Source of the DNA: a virus
Lineage: Duplodnaviria; Caudoviricetes
Strand: one strand, 5' to 3'
IMG/VR virus record: IMGVR_UViG_3300047392_000215
Coordinates: 1 to 53,890 of that record
Length of the DNA stretch: 53,890 nucleotides
The notes under the pieces were generated by a model. That model was not told the origin of the DNA. It saw only the letters and a program-made list of their open reading frames with translations, and did not search any database. The translations under genes and the position numbers were made by a program. Shown here piece by piece: positions 30,884 to 40,640 of the stretch (the first letter of the stretch is position 1; the number at the start of each line of letters is the position of its first letter).

Positions 30884-31621
30884 TTAATAGTCCCAAAGCT
30901 GGGAATAATGGCATCTAACGTATGATGGAGTATTTATCTGAATGCCTACTTTATACTTCTTACGGAATCTAGTATTAAAATCAACATCTTCACTTGTTTC
31001 AGTCGTATCTCGCCACTGGATGTCATCAACTTTTTTATGTATGAATAACCATGGCGCCATAGTTAACATTCCAGGTTTCATGCGAGTAATAATCCATTCA
31101 CTATCTAAGCCAGGTACTTGATATTTTACAGACTGATCTGATGGAAACATGCCATTAGTTTCGGGCCAGGTTGCAATATGATTATCAAACCAAGATCCAT
31201 TTGAATAAAAATCTAAATTAGGATTGTTATTAAATTCAGTTACAATAGATTGTAAAAAATTTGGAAGTAAGAAATCATCAGAATCCATGTATGTTATCAA
31301 ATCACCAGTTGATAAAGTGACTCCAACTTGTCTAGGAACACCACGATAGTACTTTTGTCCATCAACAAGTTCATACATATTTGGAACACCTTTTTTATCT
31401 ACAAAGGCATATTTAATCAGAGGATCTGTTTTAAAAAGAGTATTGTATGTGTTATGTACTATTTCACAGCCATCGCTAATAATGATTAACTCAGCATTCA
31501 AATAGGTTTGAGCCTTGAACGTGTTTATAGCTCTTATAAATTTATTAATTGAATTATTTCGTGATCCAGGATAGTCTCCTAGATATGCCTGCATAATTAC
31601 TGAAATCTTAGGTTGTAACAT
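30884..31621 (-). CDS. Glycosyltransferase family 2 (GT-A)
   Basis: KISVIM, ELIIISDG, GDLITYMDSDD, SEDVDF. Confidence 0.9.
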   Translation of the reverse strand: MLQPKISVIMQAYLGDYPGSRNNSINKFIRAINTFKAQTYLNAELIIISDGCEIVHNTYNTLFKTDPLIKYAFVDKKGVPNMYELVDGQKYYRGVPRQVGVTLSTGDLITYMDSDDFLLPNFLQSIVTEFNNNPNLDFYSNGSWFDNHIATWPETNGMFPSDQSVKYQVPGLDSEWIITRMKPGMLTMAPWLFIHKKVDDIQWRDTTETSEDVDFNTRFRKKYKVGIQINTPSYVRCHYSQLWDY

Positions 31622-32214
31622 TATCCTTTGTCTATTTTATCTAGTTCAGCAGAGTCTGATCTATATAGTAATTTATCAAAATAATCTTTTTGATCAGGTG
31701 TCCGATCTCCTAAGAACTTTTTAAGAGCAATTACGAATTCGTCTTTAACGTGATAGTAATATTTGCCTTTAGAATAGGCTGAACGGTTTGAAAGCTCATA
31801 AAGCTCTTTTAAATGCTTCTCAATAAAGAAGTCATGTAAGTTATTAAATAGTTCTAATTGTTCAACTCGAGTTTTAACACAGAAGATAGAATCAACTACA
31901 AATAGGTAACTTTCCCATTTTTCAGAGAATAGTCTTTCAAGGTCTTCGATCTTAGAATATTCTCGACGACTTAAATTAATTTTAGTTTGTTTTCCTTCAA
32001 AACTGCCGTCAAAAGTTAACCCAAAAAAGTATCTTTTTAGGAAATCAATATCATCATACAATTTATCGATTTTAAGCATATATCTAGGCATGTTCTCATC
32101 AAACTTGACATCATAGATAATTGCTCTTACCGGGAATAGAATGTTTGGAAAACGTTTATTGGATAGGAGTGCATGGATTTTATCACCTTTGGTAAATATC
32201 TTATGCTTTATCAT
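31621..32214 (-). CDS. Hypothetical protein
   Basis: 197-aa ORF overlapping its neighbours in the operon. Confidence 0.6.
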   Translation of the reverse strand: MIKHKIFTKGDKIHALLSNKRFPNILFPVRAIIYDVKFDENMPRYMLKIDKLYDDIDFLKRYFFGLTFDGSFEGKQTKINLSRREYSKIEDLERLFSEKWESYLFVVDSIFCVKTRVEQLELFNNLHDFFIEKHLKELYELSNRSAYSKGKYYYHVKDEFVIALKKFLGDRTPDQKDYFDKLLYRSDSAELDKIDKG

Positions 32215-32605
32215 TTGTTAAATGACTGACATTGTCAAACAATGTCAATATATTTTCATTCGTCGAAGGAGCTTCACTAATCATAGTTAGATTAAATGTA
32301 AACTCTCGATAGTAGAAATCAGTAACAATCTCCTTAAGATTGGCGATTGTTACTGGTTCTAAGTTTTTCAATAGGTACAGGATTCTATGGTCCTGATGAA
32401 ATAACAATGTAGCTTCTAGTGTCTTAAAAATATGAAGCCCAACAACAGACTGATTTGGTTCCTCTCCATAAGGACAGGATTTAGCCAGCTTATTTGAAAT
32501 AGCCTGGTAATCTATAATTGTGTCATAATTAGATTCTAGTCCCTTTACAAAGCGGACATAGTCTCTTCTATGTTCTGACCAAACACAGTCGATTATTAAA
32601 CTCAT
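32201..32605 (-). CDS. Hypothetical protein
   Basis: 134-aa ORF with coupled overlaps. Confidence 0.6.
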   Translation of the reverse strand: MSLIIDCVWSEHRRDYVRFVKGLESNYDTIIDYQAISNKLAKSCPYGEEPNQSVVGLHIFKTLEATLLFHQDHRILYLLKNLEPVTIANLKEIVTDFYYREFTFNLTMISEAPSTNENILTLFDNVSHLTNDKA

Positions 32606-32928
32606 GATTTGTTAAGTAGGGATTCGAGCATAGTAATTCTCTTTTTAAGAGAATTGATCCTATCTTCAATCTCAGCTTTAGTTGGCTGATAATGGTCTCC
32701 CCAATCCGTAGTTATTTTTATTTGATCTGAATCTTTAGTGCTACCAAATTCAAGTCCGCAATCTTCAGAAACTTCTAAAAGAAATTTGACTTTATTTTCA
32801 TTAGCATTTTCAGATTCAAAATCGTAAACAATAACAGAACTATAGCTCTCGCCAGCTGCATTTGCATTGTCTTCTAAAACGTATTTGATTACGCCATTAT
32901 CGGCAAGTTCTATTGTTATAGTTTGCAT
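32602..32928 (-). CDS. Hypothetical protein (C-terminal coiled coil)
   Basis: 108-aa ORF with an ATGA overlap. Confidence 0.6.
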   Translation of the reverse strand: MQTITIELADNGVIKYVLEDNANAAGESYSSVIVYDFESENANENKVKFLLEVSEDCGLEFGSTKDSDQIKITTDWGDHYQPTKAEIEDRINSLKKRITMLESLLNKS

Positions 32929-32932
32929 ACTC

Positions 32933-33313
32933 TTATTGTTCTTTTCTAGCTAAACGTAATTGATTAGCTTGTTTACTAAGTTCTCTTGATTTTTTCTTGT
33001 CTTCTCTGTAAGTTTCTTTATCCTTTACAGCCATTAAAGTCCAAGACTCTTCTAATAGAGCAATTTCAGCTTCATTATATCCTAGTTCGGTCCAAGTTTC
33101 TTTTTGACGATCTAAGATAATTTGTAATTGATTTTCGATTTGGTCTTGAGCATTACGAGTATTCATCTCATGGATTTTCTCGCCCTCCTCTCTCATCTTA
33201 TCATACCACTCTTTTTTTGCTGGTGAGAAGTGACCAATTTGTTCTTTAGCTTTTAACATGCCAGCTTGTTTGTACATGTTTCTACGAGCTCTTCTGTTTG
33301 GGGTGTTATTCAT
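32933..33313 (-). CDS. Hypothetical helical protein with a basic N-terminus (PNRRARR)
   Basis: 126-aa ORF. Confidence 0.6.
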   Translation of the reverse strand: MNNTPNRRARRNMYKQAGMLKAKEQIGHFSPAKKEWYDKMREEGEKIHEMNTRNAQDQIENQLQIILDRQKETWTELGYNEAEIALLEESWTLMAVKDKETYREDKKKSRELSKQANQLRLARKEQ

Positions 33314-33908
33314 AATAATTGTTTAAATAGTTAACGACTTCTTGATTAATATAATTCTGTAGTTTATCTATCTGAATTTGAGATGTCACAACCTGAGAGA
33401 TTGTAGCAATCATTTCTTCACGAGTTTCATCACTATTATCTAATAGCATTGAAAATACTTCTTTCTTTGGTAAATTAATACCAATATTTAAATCTATTGT
33501 TTCTATATTTTTAGAAGATAACTTAATTATAAGTTTTTCTAATGGTGAAACTTCGGTCAGTGTTGCAATTATAGGTTGAGCAATAGGTTGAGCTTTAGGT
33601 AATTCAACCTGATTATTTGCAAAAACATGTTCATTTGCCGGAGGAAATGGAATATTGCCATCTATAATTTGTTCCAAAAATTCATTTTGGATCGATTTAA
33701 AAATTCTAGTACCATCCGTGAAATAATACATCTCGGTATCTTCACGTTCAACTTCAACAATATTGCCAAAGTTTTCACCTTTTTTCCATTGAAACTTTTT
33801 AACTTCTTTTTCTTCAATGACAGTTTCAGTATTGCTCATAGTTTTATCTTTTTTCATTCCTAAAAAATTACTAATTTTCGAGAACATTGAATTCTTCGTC
33901 GGATTCAT
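33306..33908 (-). CDS. Hypothetical protein
   Basis: 200-aa ORF; start uncertain. Confidence 0.6.
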   Translation of the reverse strand: MNPTKNSMFSKISNFLGMKKDKTMSNTETVIEEKEVKKFQWKKGENFGNIVEVEREDTEMYYFTDGTRIFKSIQNEFLEQIIDGNIPFPPANEHVFANNQVELPKAQPIAQPIIATLTEVSPLEKLIIKLSSKNIETIDLNIGINLPKKEVFSMLLDNSDETREEMIATISQVVTSQIQIDKLQNYINQEVVNYLNNYYE

Positions 33909-34083
33909 TATATTTTTTCATGAATTTTTCTATAAATCTTTCAGATTCTTTTCCTTTTTCAGATCCCATCCAACATTCTACTCTCTTAATATACATGTTG
34001 TAAAAATAATGAGAACCTTCATTCTTTAATTTATCCTCTAAAATCTTCACATCCTCTGGATAGTGCCTTACGTTAAATCCCAT
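33871..34083 (-). CDS. Hypothetical protein
   Basis: 70-aa ORF with an A/T-rich start context. Confidence 0.5.
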   Translation of the reverse strand: MGFNVRHYPEDVKILEDKLKNEGSHYFYNMYIKRVECWMGSEKGKESERFIEKFMKKYNESDEEFNVLEN

Positions 34084-34098
34084 AATATTATAATATAT

Positions 34099-34536
34099 TT
34101 ATTCGTTATTCCAGACTATGTCTTGGTAGACCGGAATCCCAGCCTTTTCTAATAAATCAACTCCACTAGTATCTCTATACTCTTCGCAATATCGAACTTC
34201 GGATATTCCAGCTTGAATAATCAATTTAGAACATTCGAAACAAGGCATTGTTGTAGTATAGAGAGTAGTTCCAACCGAACTAATAGTGGATTTTGCTAGT
34301 TTTGTAATTGCATTTGATTCTGCATGGAGAACTTCTCGTTTAGTAACATGAGATCCAGTAGAATCTATGTGTTCACATTCATTCTCAAATCCGTGTGGAG
34401 TTCCATTATAGCCAACACTGATGATTTGACCATCTTTTACAATGATACAACCTACCTTACGGCGCTCAGCATAACTTAGTTTTGCAATTTGATATGCAAT
34501 CTGCATGTGTATTTTGTCTATCGGAATTCTCGGCAT
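34099..34536 (-). CDS. dCMP deaminase (ComEB/DCTD family)
   Basis: RKVGCIIVKD..IISVGYNG, HAESNAI and PCFEC zinc motifs. Start moved to MPRIP (34536) because the longer start lies in a terminator hairpin. Confidence 0.95.
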   Translation of the reverse strand: MPRIPIDKIHMQIAYQIAKLSYAERRKVGCIIVKDGQIISVGYNGTPHGFENECEHIDSTGSHVTKREVLHAESNAITKLAKSTISSVGTTLYTTTMPCFECSKLIIQAGISEVRYCEEYRDTSGVDLLEKAGIPVYQDIVWNNE

Positions 34537-34542
34537 ATTAAA

Positions 34543-34578
34543 ATAAAAATGGATCTGAATAATTATATTCAGATCCAT
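34543..34578 (-). terminator. Intrinsic terminator-like hairpin
   Basis: 13-bp stem atggatctgaata/tattcagatccat followed by a U-rich tract on the minus strand. Confidence 0.7.
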
Positions 34579-34602
34579 CAAATAGTTTATTTTAAATAAG
34601 GG

Positions 34603-35082
34603 TTATTCGCCTTCTGCTTCTTCGGCACCATATCCACCTTCGGCTAATTTAACTTCTTCAATTTTCTTAGAGAAAGCCTCTTTAACCATGTTAAGTGCAG
34701 CTTCGTAAGCTTCAACACCAAACTCTTCTTTACATTCTTTAATTGCTTTTGCAGAAAGACCAGCGATTAAAGCTGCATTTTCGCACATATAGCTTTCAAT
34801 AGTATGATCGTCGTGTGCGTCTGTTTCCCATGCTTTAGCTTCTTTAACTACTTTTTCGTAGCATTTTTCAAGCATTTCAGAAACCATTTCTTCGATTTCC
34901 TCTTCTTTAGCTTCTTCGCCTTCTGGCTTTTCTTCAGCTTCATTAGTTTGAACCTTGTCAGCTTCAACTTCGGTTTCTTCAATATCCTTTTTATCAGGAG
35001 TACCTAAGTCAACGATTTCTTTTTCTACTTCCTCAGAACGATCCATTTCTGATACGAACTGATCAAATGATTTATATCTCAT
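34603..35082 (-). CDS. Highly acidic protein with a putative capsid-targeting leader (internal head/scaffold-like)
   Basis: Starts MRYKSFDQFVSE; Glu-rich; late-type motif at 35112. Confidence 0.55.
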   Translation of the reverse strand: MRYKSFDQFVSEMDRSEEVEKEIVDLGTPDKKDIEETEVEADKVQTNEAEEKPEGEEAKEEEIEEMVSEMLEKCYEKVVKEAKAWETDAHDDHTIESYMCENAALIAGLSAKAIKECKEEFGVEAYEAALNMVKEAFSKKIEEVKLAEGGYGAEEAEGE

Positions 35083-35118
35083 TTCTTTAATTTTATTTTT
35101 AAGATTATTTAGTATATA

Positions 35119-35580
35119 TTATAAGTCTCCATCTTTTTCTGGAGTTTTACCAAGAGTGTAACCTTCAGGGCAATGTCCCCAAATCAGCAAAGACTTTAAC
35201 CATCTGGTCATTTCTCCATTTCTAAAGAAGTAAGGCGCTTTCATATTCTTTTTCATACCAATCATTCGACTGTTAAATGAAACTTGTTTACCACACCAAA
35301 ACCACATAGTTGGAGTCCAATTTTTTTCAGCTTCAGCATAAGATTTTCCAATTGGAATCATCTTAATTAACATTTCAGCAGATTCTTTTCCACTGTCAAT
35401 TCCATTTGCATCAGCCTCTTTACTTGTTAATCCAGCATCTTTACCATCATCTTCTCTAAATTTCTTAATCTGATCTGGTGTCATATTAATTAATTTATTC
35501 CACTCAGTCCAAGTGTCTTTAGAAGGTTCAGCAGATCTGTCTTCAGCTTCAAATAAAAATTGATTGAATGATTTAATCAT
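35119..35580 (-). CDS. DUF3140-like protein with a putative capsid-targeting leader
   Basis: WNKLINMTP...SG..S...W..SLLIWGH.P pattern; starts MIKSFNQFLFEAE. Confidence 0.6.
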   Translation of the reverse strand: MIKSFNQFLFEAEDRSAEPSKDTWTEWNKLINMTPDQIKKFREDDGKDAGLTSKEADANGIDSGKESAEMLIKMIPIGKSYAEAEKNWTPTMWFWCGKQVSFNSRMIGMKKNMKAPYFFRNGEMTRWLKSLLIWGHCPEGYTLGKTPEKDGDL

Positions 35581-35843
35581 TATGATTTTGGTTTTTTATT
35601 GTATTTGCGTTTAGGCTTAACCGTGTCATGATGACTAGCCATTGGAAACTCGGGTTTGGTTTCTTTAGCCTTTTTCTTTTTAGGTGTTGCTGCCATTTTA
35701 GGTGGTGCAATAACCGGCAAATCATTAATAATGTCATCATCCGATAAACCAAATTCAAATGTTGAATCCTTTGGTGCAACAAATTTCTTTGAAAGGTACC
35801 ATGCTAATGCGATCAATGCCGCCAAAATAATAATTACTGTCAT
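35580..35843 (-). CDS. Small membrane-anchored protein with a basic tail
   Basis: N-terminal hydrophobic helix VIIILAALIALAWYL; Lys/Pro-rich tail; coupled at 35580. Confidence 0.6.
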   Translation of the reverse strand: MTVIIILAALIALAWYLSKKFVAPKDSTFEFGLSDDDIINDLPVIAPPKMAATPKKKKAKETKPEFPMASHHDTVKPKRKYNKKPKS

Positions 35844-35876
35844 ATAAAATGTTTTTGATTTGATTTATATATTCAC

Positions 35877-35903
35877 AAAAAAAGGGATCCTTTCGGATCC
35901 CTT
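35877..35903 (-). terminator. Intrinsic terminator
   Basis: Minus strand AAGGGATCC-GAAA-GGATCCCTT followed by a T run. Confidence 0.9.
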
Positions 35904-35922
35904 ATCATCATGGAGATGCAAA

Positions 35923-36156
35923 TTACTCTTGTGTTTTAGGCTCTTCTATTACATTAGCAATAAATAATGTTTCCAAGGTCGCAATTAGGTCATTAGCTTC
36001 ACTAACTTTTCGTACTAGTTTGTCCATCTCATCAATGATTTGAGGGTGTTCACCAATACCGGTTGAATTACCATAATATACTTCAAGAGTTGCCAGTGCT
36101 TCTTTCTTTTGTGCTTCATATCTGGCTTTTAAAGCTTCTACTTTTAGTGATGACAT
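35923..36156 (-). CDS. Conserved-looking small phage helical-hairpin protein
   Basis: A.ATLEVY....GIGEHPQII.EMDK motif of a type common in T4-like phages. Confidence 0.65.
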   Translation of the reverse strand: MSSLKVEALKARYEAQKKEALATLEVYYGNSTGIGEHPQIIDEMDKLVRKVSEANDLIATLETLFIANVIEEPKTQE

Positions 36157-36189
36157 ATAATTTGAATTTTGTTACCGTACTTATACGAT

Positions 36190-37113
36190 CTAAATTAAGA
36201 TTGTTTCATATTTTCTAAGATAATTTATTAGAGCTTTTTCTTTAGCTTTAGCTTCTAAGTCAATGTCAATTGAAAGCCCATATGAATCGATATGTTCGTA
36301 AATGTAATCGGCATGTGCACGATTTACAACTGAAGCATCTTCGTGAATTTTTTTACATGAACTATAATGAACAAGCTGTCTGATACCTTCTGGCCAAGTT
36401 GAAGCTGCTAGGTATAAAGCATCTTTTTGAGACATAGGATCTTCATAACACCAATGGTGATGATAGTCAAATACGATTGGAATTCCTGTGTGAGCTGATA
36501 AACCATAAACTAAATCACTTGTAGAATATTGAGCTTTTTTATCGTCATTTTCTACAGTCATGCGTTCTTTGACAGAAAGGTCTAGAGTATCGAATGCTTT
36601 TATAAAACGATTGAGAGAATCTTCTTTACTGACTGCTGTTGTATTAACATGAATATTGATAGCAGCATCTGGAGTTCTTGGCAAACCAATAAGATCCATG
36701 ATTTCTCCGTGCTGATTAAGTTCTTTGATAGAACGAACGACAACATCTGGATTTTGACTAGCAATTACACAAAAATGACCAGGATGGAATGTCAATCTTT
36801 GACCTGCATCCATTGCAATTTTACCAGCACCTTTAAGAAGGTTAGAGATTTTAGTATAATCTGGTAGGTCTTTGATTTCATACTCAGACATCCATGGAAT
36901 CATATCAGAAGACATCCTGTAAAGCTTGATACCTTGTTGATTATTCCATTTGATAATTTCGATGAGGTCTCGGACATTTTGTAAAGCTAGTTCGCTGGCA
37001 TATTGAATTCCCTTTTGCTCAAAAGTACGTTTAATCATACCACGACCGATTGTAATACCTTTCTGTTCTTGAAGGGTCATATTGATACAACAATAACCTA
37101 GTCTATTCTTCAT
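36190..37113 (-). CDS. uvsE: UV-damage endonuclease (UvsE/UvdE)
   Basis: RLGYCCIN, LYRMSS, RLTFHPG, TVENDD, VFDYHHH, HAD, LEAKAKE; start taken at MKNRLG (37113). Confidence 0.95.
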   Translation of the reverse strand: MKNRLGYCCINMTLQEQKGITIGRGMIKRTFEQKGIQYASELALQNVRDLIEIIKWNNQQGIKLYRMSSDMIPWMSEYEIKDLPDYTKISNLLKGAGKIAMDAGQRLTFHPGHFCVIASQNPDVVVRSIKELNQHGEIMDLIGLPRTPDAAINIHVNTTAVSKEDSLNRFIKAFDTLDLSVKERMTVENDDKKAQYSTSDLVYGLSAHTGIPIVFDYHHHWCYEDPMSQKDALYLAASTWPEGIRQLVHYSSCKKIHEDASVVNRAHADYIYEHIDSYGLSIDIDLEAKAKEKALINYLRKYETILI

Positions 37114-37236
37114 AATCTCTAATAATATGTTTACGCCACCAATTTTTAAGTTTAGAATTGTCTGGCAATTTATCAATTCTAGGTTCGAATACAAAAGGAC
37201 ATGATACTAAGACAAGTCCTATAATTATACAAATGA

Positions 37237-37641
37237 TTAGTCCCATTGTTTCTCAAATTTATACCAATGATCTGCACTAGCGCAACATCTTAGTCCATCA
37301 AAAATAAGGGTGTCCATTTCTTTGCCACTAATATTTTCAAAAAAGTCATAAATGATTTGATGAGCTTCTTCAGCATTATCAGTTAAGGTGAATGCATGTT
37401 CGTTTACAGCTGAAAGTATTCTAGTTGCAACTTGGTCATTGTTTGAGAATCTGGTTCCTGCATATAAATCAGCATAAGCATCTCCTTTAGAAATATTTTC
37501 AAAGATTTCTTCATTACTGTGTCTTAGTCTAAAAACACTAAGAGCAGTTTCTATAATTGGTGTAATTCTACTAACTTCTGGCCATGGATTTCGGCCTGAT
37601 ATTCCGTTTGCGTGTACTTTTGTTACGTCGATTTTTTTCAT
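37237..37641 (-). CDS. Hypothetical early protein
   Basis: 134-aa ORF behind the conserved 14-bp promoter motif. Confidence 0.65.
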   Translation of the reverse strand: MKKIDVTKVHANGISGRNPWPEVSRITPIIETALSVFRLRHSNEEIFENISKGDAYADLYAGTRFSNNDQVATRILSAVNEHAFTLTDNAEEAHQIIYDFFENISGKEMDTLIFDGLRCCASADHWYKFEKQWD

Positions 37642-37658
37642 TTTGTTATTTGTTTATG

Positions 37659-37672
37659 ATATGTAAATATAA
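37659..37672 (-). promoter_or_regulatory. Putative early (host-RNAP) promoter core TTATATTTACATAT
   Basis: Identical 14-mer 17-20 nt upstream of five start codons; resembles the Bacteroidetes -7 element TAnnTTTG. Confidence 0.75.
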
Positions 37673-37696
37673 TCAATTTTCTTGACAGTAAAAAAT

Positions 37697-38224
37697 TTAT
37701 TTTAATTTATTTTCTAGCCAAGTGTGAAAATCTCCGTAGTAAGATTTACCACCAATATTCCATGTTGTTAATTCCGTCATAGAATAATTACGATCATAAG
37801 TTTTCCAATCATAAAGAGTGAAGGGTTCTCCTTTGTAACTAAATTCCCATTCAAATTGAACTTTATCATCTCCGCTAGCTTCTTCATAAGTTGGTTTACC
37901 AAACGCTTCTACTAATTGACTATAAGTATAACCTCTTAAATAACCTTGTAGAGAAGTTCCTCCAGCATTGTGACCATCTGTTTTTATACAGATTTCAGCA
38001 ATAACCATTTCCTCTTCCCAAGGTCTTGATTCAAAATAAAGACTTTGCTCTTCTAAATAAGATTCATATTTCTGCCAATTCTTTACTAATTCTAAAGCAA
38101 CTTCTGTGTCCTCTCCAGATTGAGATGGATCGATATTTATAAATCCACAATATTCAGAATTTGTAGGATCTAGTTGATAATCTTTGCGTATTTCGTCGAT
38201 GTACTTTTTAACTTTATTTTCCAT
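37697..38224 (-). CDS. Hypothetical phage protein
   Basis: C-terminal GTSLQGY..TYSQLVEAFGKP...DKVQFEW...TLYDWK...WNIGG domain. Confidence 0.65.
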   Translation of the reverse strand: MENKVKKYIDEIRKDYQLDPTNSEYCGFINIDPSQSGEDTEVALELVKNWQKYESYLEEQSLYFESRPWEEEMVIAEICIKTDGHNAGGTSLQGYLRGYTYSQLVEAFGKPTYEEASGDDKVQFEWEFSYKGEPFTLYDWKTYDRNYSMTELTTWNIGGKSYYGDFHTWLENKLK

Positions 38225-38435
38225 AATGATTTTTTCTTACTGTTGAATGAATGTGATTAGCCCATGTATTAAAATCTACTTGTGTTGGAGGTGTAACAAC
38301 TCTTGATACTCTGATTTCTCCAGGTTTTGGTAAATTAGCAGGTTCTCCATAAGATTCTCTTTTTCTTTTAAAGAGATTTGTAATTTTAGTTAATGTCATA
38401 CTTTTATTTTTAGGATTAAATGTAATAAGATTCAT
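38214..38435 (-). CDS. Hypothetical protein
   Basis: 73-aa ORF overlapping both neighbours; start uncertain. Confidence 0.5.
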   Translation of the reverse strand: MNLITFNPKNKSMTLTKITNLFKRKRESYGEPANLPKPGEIRVSRVVTPPTQVDFNTWANHIHSTVRKNHYGK

Positions 38436-38754
38436 TTTGATTATACGCTGCTACTTTTTCAGCATCAAATTTTTCATTTCTCCAACAGAAAGTGTTGAGG
38501 TCTAAGTTATGTTTACGAGGTTGATTTGAATTAGGATATGCTGTGATTTGTACAACCTTTTCAGTAATCATTGTAATTGGACCCGTGTAGATTAAATTGT
38601 AACTGTCATATTCAGCTGCATCTCCTAAAGAAAAACGATTAACCATTTTACCATCTACATAAATTTCGATCGATTTGTTTTTAACAATCTCTACTGAGTA
38701 CTTAGTAGGTCTAGATGGGTAGTGTTTTCTGTTTTTAGTTTGAACTTGAATCAT
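38416..38754 (-). CDS. Hypothetical early protein
   Basis: 112-aa ORF behind the 14-bp motif. Confidence 0.65.
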   Translation of the reverse strand: MIQVQTKNRKHYPSRPTKYSVEIVKNKSIEIYVDGKMVNRFSLGDAAEYDSYNLIYTGPITMITEKVVQITAYPNSNQPRKHNLDLNTFCWRNEKFDAEKVAAYNQNESYYI

Positions 38755-38774
38755 AATGTTATTGTTTTAATGTG

Positions 38775-38788
38775 ATATGTAAATATAA
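38775..38788 (-). promoter_or_regulatory. Putative early promoter core TTATATTTACATAT
   Basis: Exact copy of the 14-mer. Confidence 0.75.
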
Positions 38789-38837
38789 ACATAATTTTTC
38801 AAACGGTATAACTTTTTTGTAAAAAGTTATTAACATT

Positions 38838-39119
38838 TTATTTGTAAAGGTCTGTAGATGAGAATGCATATCCAATGGTGTATTTACCATTTGTACCTTT
38901 AATTAAGAACCTACGGCATCTACGTTTAGTTGACGGCTGGGTTAAATTTACTAAGTGATGATTAAATGAACTACTTCTCTGATATGCTGGTTTTCCCTGG
39001 CAAACAGTCTGGTAGTGAGTGTCCATTTCTTTGTAAGAAACTTCACCATTAAAATATACGAAATCTAGGATTTCCTGAGTGATCCAACCGTGTTGACCTT
39101 TTTTTAATCTTCTATTCAT
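38838..39119 (-). CDS. Small basic early protein, possibly winged-helix DNA-binding
   Basis: ILDFV..NGEVSYKEM...SFNHHLVNL...FLIK..NGKYTI pattern is wHTH-like (tentative). Confidence 0.5.
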   Translation of the reverse strand: MNRRLKKGQHGWITQEILDFVYFNGEVSYKEMDTHYQTVCQGKPAYQRSSSFNHHLVNLTQPSTKRRCRRFLIKGTNGKYTIGYAFSSTDLYK

Positions 39120-39139
39120 TTTGTTAATGTTTTAATGTT

Positions 39140-39153
39140 ATATGTAAATATAA
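39140..39153 (-). promoter_or_regulatory. Putative early promoter core TTATATTTACATAT
   Basis: Exact copy of the 14-mer. Confidence 0.75.
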
Positions 39154-39155
39154 AC

Positions 39156-39184
39156 AAAAAACTCGACATAAAAAAATGCCGAGT
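39156..39184 (-). terminator. Intrinsic terminator overlapping the upstream part of the early promoter
   Basis: Minus strand ACTCGGCAT-N6-ATGTCGAGT (one G-U pair) followed by a T run. Confidence 0.65.
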
Positions 39185-39210
39185 GAATTATTTTTAGAAA
39201 GTTATTAACA

Positions 39211-39555
39211 TTATTTCCAGAATATCTGGACGCATATTATAATAAATGAGAGTATTAAGCAGATTAGGGTCTTAGTGTTTAACGCCTCATCCATCATAAA
39301 GTATGTTAGGAAAGAAAATGAAACCATGCCCATAGTAAATCCAATGAATCTACCTGGCCATAGTTGGCCATCATAATGTTCTGCAATTAGTTGAGTAGCC
39401 CTTATAAAGATATAGGATATTGTAGATCCTCCAATTATAGCAATTAATACCGGGTTCTTTTTAAACCAAGGCCACATAAATTGGCCATTAGTCTGAAACC
39501 AAATAAGAGATTGGCCAAACAGGAATAAAAGAATCCCATAGATTAATGCTCTCAA
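39211..39555 (-). CDS. Small four-helix membrane protein (SMR/DMT-like)
   Basis: Four hydrophobic segments; ...FMMDEALNTKTLICLIL C-terminal DMT-like pattern. Confidence 0.65.
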   Translation of the reverse strand: MRALIYGILLFLFGQSLIWFQTNGQFMWPWFKKNPVLIAIIGGSTISYIFIRATQLIAEHYDGQLWPGRFIGFTMGMVSFSFLTYFMMDEALNTKTLICLILSFIIICVQIFWK

Positions 39556-40181
39556 AATAAAGACTCGGTTTTAGTAAGTAAATGTGATATGAAACTAGGT
39601 CTATGTTCTATGGTAGGACCAATATCTTGAATTGCTGTAATGTGTTGCTTAGTACCATAACCTTTATTAGAAGCCCAACCGTAAGGTTTATTAGAATCGT
39701 TTTCGTTCAACTCCTTCATAAGATTATCTCGTTCAACTTTAGCTAAAATAGAAGCTGCGGCAATAGAAGTATATTTGTTATCTCCACCAACAACAGTCGT
39801 GTAGCTCTTGTCTTTATAACCATGGAATTGGTCTCCATCAATTAAGACAAAATCAAAATCTTTTTCTTGTTGAACATTTTCTAAAGCTAAATTCATGCCA
39901 TACAGAGTAGCCTTTAAAATATTCATTTCCTCAATATGATTAACATCAACATGGACTACTGAATATGCAAGTGCATTATCTTTAACAATTTGGTATGCTT
40001 GTTTCTTTTGCGCTTCTGAAAGAACTTTAGAATCTTTAATTAACGGATGTTGGAAATCAGCAGGCATAATACATGCTGCAACGGTTACTGGACCAGCCAA
40101 AGCTCCTCTTCCTGCTTCATCTACCCCAATTTCTACTAAATCAGAATCAGTGTTGTACTTTGGTTTAAGTAATATTTGCAT
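39552..40181 (-). CDS. rnhB: Ribonuclease HII
   Basis: GVDEAGRGALAGPV, DSK, LIDG, SIAAASILAKVERD, NKGYGT, HR.SF. Confidence 0.97.
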   Translation of the reverse strand: MQILLKPKYNTDSDLVEIGVDEAGRGALAGPVTVAACIMPADFQHPLIKDSKVLSEAQKKQAYQIVKDNALAYSVVHVDVNHIEEMNILKATLYGMNLALENVQQEKDFDFVLIDGDQFHGYKDKSYTTVVGGDNKYTSIAAASILAKVERDNLMKELNENDSNKPYGWASNKGYGTKQHITAIQDIGPTIEHRPSFISHLLTKTESLF

Positions 40182-40183
40182 AA

Positions 40184-40600
40184 TTATTTGGATTGTTGCG
40201 TTAAGCTTTCATAGATATTTTTATAAAGAGCTGATTGATTTTTAAAAATTTCAGATTCCATCTCTTTACGAATACCTTCAATATGTGTTTTGATATAACT
40301 GATAATCTTGTCTCCATCATTACTATTAATATGTTTAGAAGCAAAGAACTTGTGATTAGTAATTCTAATATTGTCATAATCTACAACAATAAAATATTCT
40401 AATTCTTTATTTTCTAAGTAATATGTCTGACTAATAGGAGCTGTTAAGAACTTGGTCTTAGGGTGCTTTGACATAGCACGAACAATAGCATACATCATTG
40501 CTGTATCTTTGTCCATTTTTCCGCTAAATCGACTAGAGCTAATTCTAGCTAATTTAACCTTTGACCTTTTTAAAAGTCTTTTAAAATAAGAAAAGCCCAT
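40184..40600 (-). CDS. Hypothetical protein
   Basis: 138-aa ORF. Confidence 0.6.
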   Translation of the reverse strand: MGFSYFKRLLKRSKVKLARISSSRFSGKMDKDTAMMYAIVRAMSKHPKTKFLTAPISQTYYLENKELEYFIVVDYDNIRITNHKFFASKHINSNDGDKIISYIKTHIEGIRKEMESEIFKNQSALYKNIYESLTQQSK

Positions 40601-40640
40601 ATATTTTGGATATCGTTAAACATACAAATTATATGGGCTT
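40593..40640 (-). promoter_or_regulatory. Inverted repeat covering the start codon of the 138-aa gene
   Basis: aagcccatata(t)tttg 40593-40608 pairs with caaa(t)tatatgggctt 40625-40640; ATG at 40600. Confidence 0.55.
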
